A stretch of DNA of 24,000 nucleotides from Carnobacterium alterfunditum DSM 5972 (GTDB lineage Bacteria; Bacillota; Bacilli; Lactobacillales; Carnobacteriaceae): contig NZ_JQLG01000004.1 of the NCBI RefSeq assembly GCF_000744115.1, positions 1,686,190-1,710,189 on the forward strand. The letters are read 5' to 3'. Below are positions 8,599 to 15,617 of this stretch, piece after piece. The notes beneath the pieces were generated by a model. The model saw only the letters and a program-made list of their open reading frames with translations. It made no database searches and had not been told where the DNA came from. Numbering within the stretch: the first letter of the stretch is position 1; each line of letters begins with the position of its first letter. The translations under genes and the position numbers were made by a program.

Positions 8599-8919
8599 AG
8601 CAAGTCTAAGTTTGTCTTTCATTGCTTTGACCTTAGCTGGTTTTTTGAATGAGTAAGAGTTGGATAATCTACTGACGGCTTCTTGCTCATCTTTGGATCA
8701 TAACAAATAGGCCTGTCGTTTTAAGAGTGGGAGGGACATTATGGAAGCAGATGTATTAGGAGTAAGAAATAGCTATGCTTATATTCTTGAGGGGAAAAAT
8801 ATTTTCAATACTTTACCTGTAGATGAAGATGATTTGATTGAAAATGCTGATGGAATTCTTGATTGTCCTTTTGACGGAGTTCTAAGAAAACATAAATTAT
8901 CTTTAAGAGATTTAAATGA

Positions 8920-9983
8920 TCTGATTTGTCAAATTAAGCTATACAAAATATCTTCATCCATGTAACTCATAAAAACTTCCAGCGGTGTTTGGTAATTTAA
9001 TGACTTTCTTGGAATTATATTCCGTTTGTGTGCAACAGACGATACGAAAGCCTGATCAACTTCGTTGAAATCCATTTCTTTTGGCAATCCATCTTTTCGA
9101 AGAAGCCCATTAGAATTCTCGTTTAAAGCTCGTTGTGAAGGCGTTCCAGGGTCAGCGAAGTAGATAGCGACATCATGCTGGTTGCACAAAGATTTCCAGT
9201 TGGAGAACTCCTTACCGCAATCAAAAGTAATGGATTTGAATAATTTTTTTGGTATGGATTGGAACCATTGATTCATAGCACTCTCAATGTCGCAGGCTTT
9301 ACGCCCTTTGGGCTTTAAGGTAATGATAGCTTTCGATAAAATCTCTACTAGAGTAATGACCGCACTTTTGTGGCGGACACCTACAATGGTATCTCCTTCG
9401 ATATGACCAAATTCTTCTTTAAATGTTGGATAATCTATTATTCTTTCAGAGATATTTCGTTTATAAGCTTGTCTACCTCTACGTTCTTGATGTCCGTTAG
9501 GCTTTCTTTTCCCTTTCATTGGAAGGGTAGCTTCATCGAATGTTTTTTCTTTAAATTGTCTATAAAGTGTTCGTACGGAACAGTCTATTGTCATTTCTTT
9601 ACGGCCAATAATGACATCAGGCGTCCAGCCTTCAGCTACTTTTTCCTTGATATAAAGATGTTGTTCTTCTGGTAAAACAACTTTTTCGCGTCCACACTGC
9701 TTCTTGTTTTTCTTATACCGTAGGTAATACTCGAAAGCTGTATGTCCTGCTCTGAAGAACCTGATAACATTATTAATCGGTGTTCGAGTACGATTCAAGT
9801 AAGCAGCTATTTTAGCAACTGGAATACCTTGATGGTAATAAGCTTCTATCATCACTAGTTCATCCATGGTAATATGGGTATAGGTCATTTGTGATCACTC
9901 CTTGTTTTCTATGGTTGGAAATACAATTAGAGTGTATCACGAATGGCTTTTTTATTTGTATAGCTTAATCTTACAATCCACGT
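8920..9983 (-). mobile_element. IS30-family insertion sequence, copy A (1064 bp)
   Basis: The region of identity with copy B ends exactly at 8920 and 9983. Imperfect terminal IRs share ATTAAGCTATACAAA. It is flanked by GA/GA (8918-8919 and 9984-9985), consistent with the 2-bp duplication typical of IS30. Confidence 0.9.
8929..9888 (-). CDS. IS30-family transposase
   Basis: 319 aa with an N-terminal HTH and DDE motifs (GHIEGDTIVG, ITFDCGKEFS, FADPGTPSQRALNENSNGLLRK). AAGGAG SD upstream. Confidence 0.92.
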   Translation of the reverse strand: MTYTHITMDELVMIEAYYHQGIPVAKIAAYLNRTRTPINNVIRFFRAGHTAFEYYLRYKKNKKQCGREKVVLPEEQHLYIKEKVAEGWTPDVIIGRKEMTIDCSVRTLYRQFKEKTFDEATLPMKGKRKPNGHQERRGRQAYKRNISERIIDYPTFKEEFGHIEGDTIVGVRHKSAVITLVEILSKAIITLKPKGRKACDIESAMNQWFQSIPKKLFKSITFDCGKEFSNWKSLCNQHDVAIYFADPGTPSQRALNENSNGLLRKDGLPKEMDFNEVDQAFVSSVAHKRNIIPRKSLNYQTPLEVFMSYMDEDILYSLI

Positions 9984-10100
9984 GATATGAAAACCACAAA
10001 ATTACTATTTGTAAAATTAGAGGGCGAAAAAACCATAGTTTTGAATACGATTTGTCTTAATTTAAATATGTAAGTACTTAAAATTAAATAAATGGACCGT

Positions 10101-10130
10101 AAAGCGTTGATCCTAAATTAACGCTTTTTA
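10101..10130 (+). terminator. Intrinsic terminator after the reconstructed shp-downstream ORF
   Basis: AAAGCGTT (10101-10108) pairs with AACGCTTT (10120-10127) and is followed by a T-run. Confidence 0.55.
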
Positions 10131-10220
10131 AACTGTTCAATTAAAAATATTGTTATACTTAAAGGGAGTACTTAGTATTATTTTCTAATAGACAAAATTA
10201 TTAAGGGGTGGGTAGTTTAG

Positions 10221-10943
10221 ATGAGAGCGATGTATATCCGATCAGAAGATGAGTACCTCTACTGCAGAGTTTTAGGAGATGGGGAACCTTTATTATTACT
10301 TCATGGAAATGGCGAAGATCATCAAATATTTGAGCAACAATTGCTGTATTTTAGTAAAAAATTTAAAGTCATCGCATTAGATTCGAGAGGACATGGATGC
10401 TCCAATCATGGGGAAAAGCTGTTAACATTTCAAAGAATGGCTCAAGATATCCTTGTAGTTCTACGCTACCTTAATGTATCAAAAGTAACGATCATGGGTT
10501 TTAGTGATGGAGGAAATTTAGCACTGTATTTCGCTAGTCATTATCCAGAAAAGGTAAACAAACTTATTGTGGTTGGTGCTAATTATAAAGTAGATGGATT
10601 AGAAAAAAAATCATTAACTGAAGTGAAAAGAGACTACATTTTATTTGCTATTTTAAGTAAATTTTCTTCGAAAGCTGAGAGAAAAAAACAAGTCATTGAT
10701 CTTATGTGGCATAAATTAGATTTGAAATCTGTTGATTTAATAACCATAAAAGCTCCTACATTGGTAGTAGCGGGTGAGTATGATGTTATTGAAGAAAGTC
10801 ATACTAAAAAACTGCATAAATTGATCAGCACCAGTAAGCTAGTCATCGTACCAAAAGCAAGTCATTTTTTGATGGTTGAAAAATATAAAGAATTCAATCA
10901 ACTCGCAGAGAATTTTTTGTACGACAAAACCAGATTTTCTTAA
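10221..10943 (+). CDS. Alpha/beta-fold hydrolase
   Basis: 240 aa with HG oxyanion motif (LLLHGNG), nucleophile elbow GFSDG and a C-terminal catalytic His (KASHF). A TGtTATACT extended -10 lies about 55 nt upstream. Confidence 0.8.
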   Translation: MRAMYIRSEDEYLYCRVLGDGEPLLLLHGNGEDHQIFEQQLLYFSKKFKVIALDSRGHGCSNHGEKLLTFQRMAQDILVVLRYLNVSKVTIMGFSDGGNLALYFASHYPEKVNKLIVVGANYKVDGLEKKSLTEVKRDYILFAILSKFSSKAERKKQVIDLMWHKLDLKSVDLITIKAPTLVVAGEYDVIEESHTKKLHKLISTSKLVIVPKASHFLMVEKYKEFNQLAENFLYDKTRFS

Positions 10944-11019
10944 CTCATTTGAGCGTGTGAATAATTAGGAAGCAATCATATAGAAAGTCAGAACTAATTT
11001 CTTGAATAGTTTCGATGAT

Positions 11020-11060
11020 ATAAATTATACTAACAATGTAGAACTGTTAGTATAATTTAT
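11020..11060. repeat. Perfect 16-bp-arm palindrome (ATAAATTATACTAACA / TGTTAGTATAATTTAT) with a 9-nt spacer
   Basis: Read directly from the sequence. The arms at 11020-11035 and 11045-11060 are exact reverse complements and carry TATACT/TATAAT-like hexamers on both strands. Confidence 0.9.
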
Positions 11061-11082
11061 TATGAGTTGAAATTTTGCTTAA

Positions 11083-11131
11083 TCAATTACTATTCAAACT
11101 AGTTTCGATAACTAGGTTGAATAGTAATTGA
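11083..11131. repeat. Long palindrome/hairpin: 15-bp perfect outer arms plus 6-bp inner arms with one mismatch
   Basis: TCAATTACTATTCAA (11083-11097) pairs with TTGAATAGTAATTGA (11117-11131). The inner CTAGTT (11099-11104) pairs with AACTAG (11110-11115) around a 5-nt loop. Confidence 0.9.
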
Positions 11132-11227
11132 AACTGTGTTAATCTAATGTTAAATAGAAAATAAATGACAAAGATTTTTTTCAGCAATAGTGCTTATTTG
11201 CCATGGGTTTTCAAGGAGGAAATAAAT

Positions 11228-11875
11228 ATGAGAGAAGAAACAATGTATACAAAGAAATACTTAGTCACCAATGAAGTTCTGAATGCAATCACTCATGGCA
11301 TAGGAGCTATTCTAAGTATAGTAGGAATGGTATTACTCATTATGAAAGCTGTGAACACAGGAACCACTTTAGAATTGGTTTCTTATTGTATATATGGCTT
11401 TTCACAATTTTTACTCTACTTAAGTTCAACACTTTACCACAGCCTTATTTTTACACGTGCAAGAAAAATTTTTAAAATCTTTGATCACAGCAGCATCTTT
11501 CTGTTGATTGCTGGGGCATATACGCCTATCGCTCTGATCACGATCGGTGGGGCAATAGGATGGACCTTATTTGGGATTGTTTGGGTAATTGCTATTTTTG
11601 GAATTATTTATAAATGTCTCTGGATTGAAAAATTCAAAAAAATGTCGACTCTTTTATATATTGGTATGGGGTGGCTCAGTATATTTGCTGTCAAACCAAT
11701 GTATATCGGATTAGGTTTTGAGGGATTTGCTTTATTGTTAGCTGGAGGACTCTCATTTACAATTGGGACCATTTTTTATAGTATGCGTAACGTTAAGTAT
11801 ATGCATGTCTTATGGCATTTATTTGTTTTAGCAGGTACTGGATTTATCTATTTTTCAATCTTGCTCTATGGATAA
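11228..11875 (+). CDS. hlyIII: Hemolysin III / PAQR-family membrane protein
   Basis: 215 aa from ATG 11228, which follows an AGGAGG SD. It has 7 TM segments and PAQR motifs (NAITHGIG, LYHS, FDHSSIFLLIAGAYTP, HLFVLAG). Confidence 0.88.
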   Translation: MREETMYTKKYLVTNEVLNAITHGIGAILSIVGMVLLIMKAVNTGTTLELVSYCIYGFSQFLLYLSSTLYHSLIFTRARKIFKIFDHSSIFLLIAGAYTPIALITIGGAIGWTLFGIVWVIAIFGIIYKCLWIEKFKKMSTLLYIGMGWLSIFAVKPMYIGLGFEGFALLLAGGLSFTIGTIFYSMRNVKYMHVLWHLFVLAGTGFIYFSILLYG

Positions 11876-11880
11876 AAAAA

Positions 11881-11921
11881 AGTTTGAGGAAAGCAGATTG
11901 CTTTCCTCAAACTTATTTTTT
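11881..11921 (+). terminator. Intrinsic terminator after hlyIII
   Basis: A perfect 14-bp stem, AGTTTGAGGAAAGC / GCTTTCCTCAAACT, is flanked by an A-run and a T-run. Confidence 0.85.
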
Positions 11922-12012
11922 GTTGCTAACTAATACATATGGCTTTAAGTGACTGGCTAGCCGCTAGAACTTTTCTTGTGTTTTTTTTAAAATAAGTTGT
12001 ATAATTAGACAG

Positions 12013-12030
12013 TTGAATAAGATTATTCAA
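12013..12030. promoter_or_regulatory. Operator-like palindrome TTGAATAA-GA-TTATTCAA between the uvdE -10 (TATAAT 12000-12005) and SD
   Basis: Perfect 8-bp inverted arms with a 2-bp spacer, positioned at about +1 to +18 of the predicted uvdE transcript and abutting the AGGAGG SD. Confidence 0.45.
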
Positions 12031-12041
12031 GGAGGAATGAG

Positions 12042-13298
12042 ATGAGTATTGGCTATGCTTGTTTAACAATAGGAATTCCAGGAACAAGTATTAGAACTTG
12101 TCGGAAAGTAAATGCAACAGAAGAAAAACTAAAAGAATTGATTCTTTTTAATTTGGAGTCACTTGAAAATATTATAGATTACAATATAAAAAATAAAATC
12201 AAATTATTTCGTATTAGCTCAGATATCATCCCTTTTGGTTCAAGTCCGGTCAACACATTAGCATGGTGGGAACTATTTAAACCTCAATTTGAACAGATCG
12301 GACAAAAAATCAAAGCTGGTGGAATGCGAGTATCGATGCATCCTGGACAATATACGGTATTAAATTCACCAGATGAAGATGTTGTATCGAGAGCGATTGA
12401 AGATTTAAATTATCATGCACGCTTTTTAGATAGTCTTGGAGTCGGTTCCGAACATAAAATAGTGTTGCATATTGGTGGTGTCTACCAAGAAAAAGAGATT
12501 GCTGTGAAGCGTTTTGTCAGCAGTTATCAAATGTTATCAGATACAATAAAAAAAAGACTGGTAATTGAGAATGATGACCGTTCTTATACCGTTTCTGATG
12601 TATTATCTGTTAGTCTAACGACAGGAGCTCCGGTTATTTATGATAATCTTCATAATGCTATCAATACAAGTGATGTAACAAAAGATGATGCTTATTGGAT
12701 CGAACTGACCCGCAAAACATGGAAGCCTGAAGATGGTCCTCAAAAAATACATTATTCTCAACAAAGTGCAATGAGCCGAATAGGGGCACATACGCGAACA
12801 ATTTCACTTGATCCATTTATGGATTTTTATCATCAGGTCTCAAGAGAAGACTTGGATATTATGTTAGAGGTAAAAGATAAGAGTCTTTCTGCTATAAAAT
12901 GCATTATTGCGACAACACCGCAGCAGCATGTCAAATTATTGGAAAAAGAATGGAGTCTTTATAAATACAGTGTTTTAGAAAGATCACCAAAGCTATATGA
13001 TAAGATACGTCAATTATTAAAAGATAAAAATAGTTTTCCTGCACTAGATTTCTATCGTTTAGTGGATCAATCATTAGAAATGGAAGTGACAACAGGAACT
13101 GCGGTGAATGCTGCTGCTCATGTTTATGGTTATTTTAAAAATAAAGCAACAGAAAAAGAAAAAATTGCTTTTTTCAAACAATTAGATAAAGTTGAAAAAA
13201 ATGATGGCTCACTAAAAACATTAAAGAAAATGTTGTGGAAATTAGCTGTAAACTACAATGAACCTTATTTGCTTGAATCATATTATTTTATACTTTAA
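12042..13298 (+). CDS. uvdE: UV damage endonuclease UvdE/UvsE with a ~100-aa C-terminal DUF1722-like extension
   Basis: The N-terminal ~310 aa match the UvdE TIM-barrel pattern (GYACL..., FRISSDIIPF, HPGQYTVLNSP, VLHIGG, ENDD). The tail (AAHVYGYFKNKATEKEKIAFFKQL...NEPYLLESYYF) resembles the YbgA-type DUF1722 domain. The tail assignment is from memory. Confidence 0.85.
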   Translation: MSIGYACLTIGIPGTSIRTCRKVNATEEKLKELILFNLESLENIIDYNIKNKIKLFRISSDIIPFGSSPVNTLAWWELFKPQFEQIGQKIKAGGMRVSMHPGQYTVLNSPDEDVVSRAIEDLNYHARFLDSLGVGSEHKIVLHIGGVYQEKEIAVKRFVSSYQMLSDTIKKRLVIENDDRSYTVSDVLSVSLTTGAPVIYDNLHNAINTSDVTKDDAYWIELTRKTWKPEDGPQKIHYSQQSAMSRIGAHTRTISLDPFMDFYHQVSREDLDIMLEVKDKSLSAIKCIIATTPQQHVKLLEKEWSLYKYSVLERSPKLYDKIRQLLKDKNSFPALDFYRLVDQSLEMEVTTGTAVNAAAHVYGYFKNKATEKEKIAFFKQLDKVEKNDGSLKTLKKMLWKLAVNYNEPYLLESYYFIL

Positions 13299-13404
13299 AT
13301 TAAATAATGCTTGAAAAATGATTGATGATGGGTAAAAATTGCAGTATACTACTTTATTGGATCAAGAAAAATTCTATTAATTCACATATGAAAGAGGTTA
13401 AAAT

Positions 13405-13566
13405 ATGAATATACAAAAAATTGTCGCCTTAGTTATTTTACTTTCAGGAGTTATTTTACTTGTTTACGGATTTGTAGAGAGCAATCAGGTTTCATTTATT
13501 ACGGGAATTGTTCTGATCGTGATCACGATTTTAGATTATATGAAATTAAAAAACAAGGAAAAATAA
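13405..13566 (+). CDS. Small two-TM membrane protein, 53 aa (MNIQKIVALVILLSGVILLVYGFVESNQVSFITGIVLIVITILDYMKLKNKEK)
   Basis: Not in the ORF track. An AAAGAGG SD lies 7 nt upstream. A plausible TTGATG-17-TATACT promoter sits near 13323-13351. Two hydrophobic helices are present, and a strong terminator follows. Confidence 0.55.
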   Translation: MNIQKIVALVILLSGVILLVYGFVESNQVSFITGIVLIVITILDYMKLKNKEK

Positions 13567-13642
13567 CGGTAATAAGTCACTATCCATTAATTAACATATG
13601 AAAAAATGCCTAGTTTTTTTAACCCTTCTTTGACACTTATAG

Positions 13643-13687
13643 AAAAAACCAATAAACGCTGATGGTACAGCTTTTATTGGTTTTTTC
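13643..13687. terminator. Bidirectional intrinsic terminator-like hairpin
   Basis: AAAAAACCAATAAA (13643-13656) pairs with TTTATTGGTTTTTT (13673-13686), with an additional inner GCTG/CAGC stem. Confidence 0.7.
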
Positions 13688-13946
13688 TATGTAGTTAAAA
13701 AGGGTGCTTTTTTTTCGAAGATAAAATTTTCTTTCAACAGTCAGTATGTAATGTATACTGCGATTTATTTCTTTAAGGGGCATTACAGTAAACAAATGGA
13801 GTAGTAGGTGTGGAGTGTACTTAATGATTGGGTCATTCTGGTGGAAATAACCATCCGAATAGAATATAATAAAATTAATAAATAGGATAGCGGTCCACAC
13901 TTGCTTGAGAGACATTTTATTTTAAAAGAGAGAGGGGTTTTAACTG

Positions 13947-14738
13947 ATGAGAGAGATTACACATGCTAAATTAAGGAAATTCAACATGATCATGGGAGGC
14001 CTTCATTTGCTTCAAGGGCTTGCAATGCTTTTTCTGGCGACAAGCGTGATCCAAACAATTGGAGAATTTTCGCCACAAATCACGCAAAATTATTTGGCGT
14101 TCAATCAAGAGACGAGTTCACTTGAACTGGAATCAAAAGTATTGTTCGACTTGCCGTTCGGTATTTTAGTGGCTTCATTTTTATTCATCTCGGCTGGTGC
14201 TCATGCACTTATTTCGATACCAAAAAAACTGAATGATATTTACAATTCAGATTTGGAAAAGGGTATTAATAAATTCCGTTGGTTTGAGTACGCGATTAGT
14301 TCTTCTATTATGATTGTTTTGATTGCGACGTTGTTCGGAATCTATGATATTGCATCGCTTGTATTAATATTCGCAGTCAATGCGACGATGAACTTATTTG
14401 GTTTAGTCATGGAACAATTGAATACTGGTAAATCAAAAGGAAACATCATCTGGGGGCCGTTCATTTGGGGTTCAATTGCCGGTATCGCACCTTGGATAGC
14501 CATCCTGTTGTACATGTTCGGCAATGGTAATTTTGATCAGGTCCCTTGGTTCGTATGGGCCATCGTCGGGACGTATTTTGTGGCATTCAACACATTCCCC
14601 GTAAACATGATTTTACAATACAAGAAAATTGGGAAATGGAAAGATTATGTCTATGGTGAAAGAATTTATATCATCTTAAGTCTTGTTGCCAAATCTATTT
14701 TGGCTTGGCTGGTTCTTTTCGGAGCGATGCAGCCTTAA
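13947..14738 (+). CDS. Heliorhodopsin (HeR), 263 aa, 7 TM
   Basis: Signature blocks are shared with the prototype HeR 48C12: GGLHLLQ (TM1 His20), SAGAHALIS (His86), FRWFEYAISSSIMIVLIA (counterion Glu114), NATMNLFG, IAGIAPWI and GERIYIILSLVAKSILAW. The retinal Schiff-base Lys249 is codon 14691-14693. Confidence 0.9.
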   Translation: MREITHAKLRKFNMIMGGLHLLQGLAMLFLATSVIQTIGEFSPQITQNYLAFNQETSSLELESKVLFDLPFGILVASFLFISAGAHALISIPKKLNDIYNSDLEKGINKFRWFEYAISSSIMIVLIATLFGIYDIASLVLIFAVNATMNLFGLVMEQLNTGKSKGNIIWGPFIWGSIAGIAPWIAILLYMFGNGNFDQVPWFVWAIVGTYFVAFNTFPVNMILQYKKIGKWKDYVYGERIYIILSLVAKSILAWLVLFGAMQP

Positions 14739-14825
14739 TTTATAAAGATTGAAAAATTGAGTGTTACTTCATTTACGATTTTTTCTGTATAAGGTACTTT
14801 GATGAATCCGAAGGAGTGATCAAGT

Positions 14826-15464
14826 ATGAGAAGTCAGATGAAACAGCTGCTTGCGTGGTTTACCTTGATTTTGAGTTTGGGCTTAATGGCAGGTTGTTCC
14901 AACACCGACGAGGGAATATCAGGTGATTCTTCAGCAACGCTATCATCCACAGGGTCTGAAAAGAGTGCGACAGAATCTAGCAGTGCTGACATTTCATCCG
15001 AAAGCTCTAGTTCTGAACCTTCAGCCGCAGAGAAGGCCGGCTATGGAGCAGTTGGAGCGCTTGCGGATTCGGAGATGACAATAGAGGATATGCTGGTATA
15101 CGCCATCCAAGATGAGCATTTGGCGCACGGGGAATATGCTCTTGTACTAGAAAAATTTGGTGACCAAAATCCGTTTAATAATATCGTACTTTCTGAAGAA
15201 CAACATATAGCCGAATTGACCGCCATTTTTGAAAAATATGGTTTTGCGATTCCAGCAGATGAATCGGCTGAACATGTTTTTGTTCCTACGACAGTTAAAG
15301 AGGGATTGGAAAATTGCGCAGACGGTGAAGTCGATAATATTGCGATGTACAATAAATTTTTAGAGCTAGAAATTCCCGAAGATGTTCGGATGGTATTTAC
15401 CTCTTTGCGGAACGCTTCTGAGGGACATTTGAAATCTTTTCAGCAGAATCTCGAAAAATATTAA
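14826..15464 (+). CDS. Lipoprotein with DUF2202 (ferritin-like) domain
   Basis: Signal peptide with lipobox LMAGC, then a Ser-rich linker. The region DMLVYAIQDEHLAHGEYALVLEKFGDQNPFNNIVLSEEQHIAELTAIFEKYGF matches the remembered DUF2202 four-helix ferritin-like pattern. AAGGAG SD. No terminator is seen between it and the HeR gene. Confidence 0.7.
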   Translation: MRSQMKQLLAWFTLILSLGLMAGCSNTDEGISGDSSATLSSTGSEKSATESSSADISSESSSSEPSAAEKAGYGAVGALADSEMTIEDMLVYAIQDEHLAHGEYALVLEKFGDQNPFNNIVLSEEQHIAELTAIFEKYGFAIPADESAEHVFVPTTVKEGLENCADGEVDNIAMYNKFLELEIPEDVRMVFTSLRNASEGHLKSFQQNLEKY

Positions 15465-15476
15465 AAAAAATCAAAT

Positions 15477-15528
15477 AAAAATAAGAATGAAAGCCTGCTA
15501 TTTGAGAGGTCTTCGTTCTTATTTTTTT
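15477..15528. terminator. Intrinsic terminator between the convergent DUF2202 and CMD genes
   Basis: ATAAGAATGAA (15481-15491) pairs with TTCGTTCTTAT (15512-15522) including one G-U pair, flanked by an A-run and a T7 run. Confidence 0.75.
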
Positions 15529-15617
15529 AGGAAATGATAAATTTTCTAAGTGTAAAATTACTTTTTAGGTCAAATAGTATCCTCGTTAAACATTGCTAAA
15601 CGAATCAAGACAGCCTC

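Larger units (their letters stand above)
8741..10073 (+). pseudogene. Unknown-function ORF downstream of shp, split by IS30 copy A (5' part 8741-8919, 3' part 9986-10073)
   Basis: A GGGAGGG SD precedes ATG 8741. Removing the IS (8920-9983) and one copy of the flanking GA dinucleotide restores an uninterrupted 88-codon frame. That frame ends at TAA 10071-10073, 28 nt before an intrinsic terminator. I recognise no family. Confidence 0.6.

Noticed and set aside
9370-9675. 101-aa ORF antisense to the IS30 transposase, duplicated at 20752-21057
   Set aside because: The duplication only reflects the identical IS copies. The sequence is Phe/Ser/Ile-rich shadow-frame composition with no start signals.
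13637-13915. 92-aa minus-strand ORF in the small-protein/HeR intergenic region
   Set aside because: It runs straight through the terminator hairpin at 13643-13687. It has low-complexity, AT-driven composition (Ile/Phe/Tyr/Lys rich), no convincing SD and no recognisable family. It is probably a chance ORF in AT-rich DNA.
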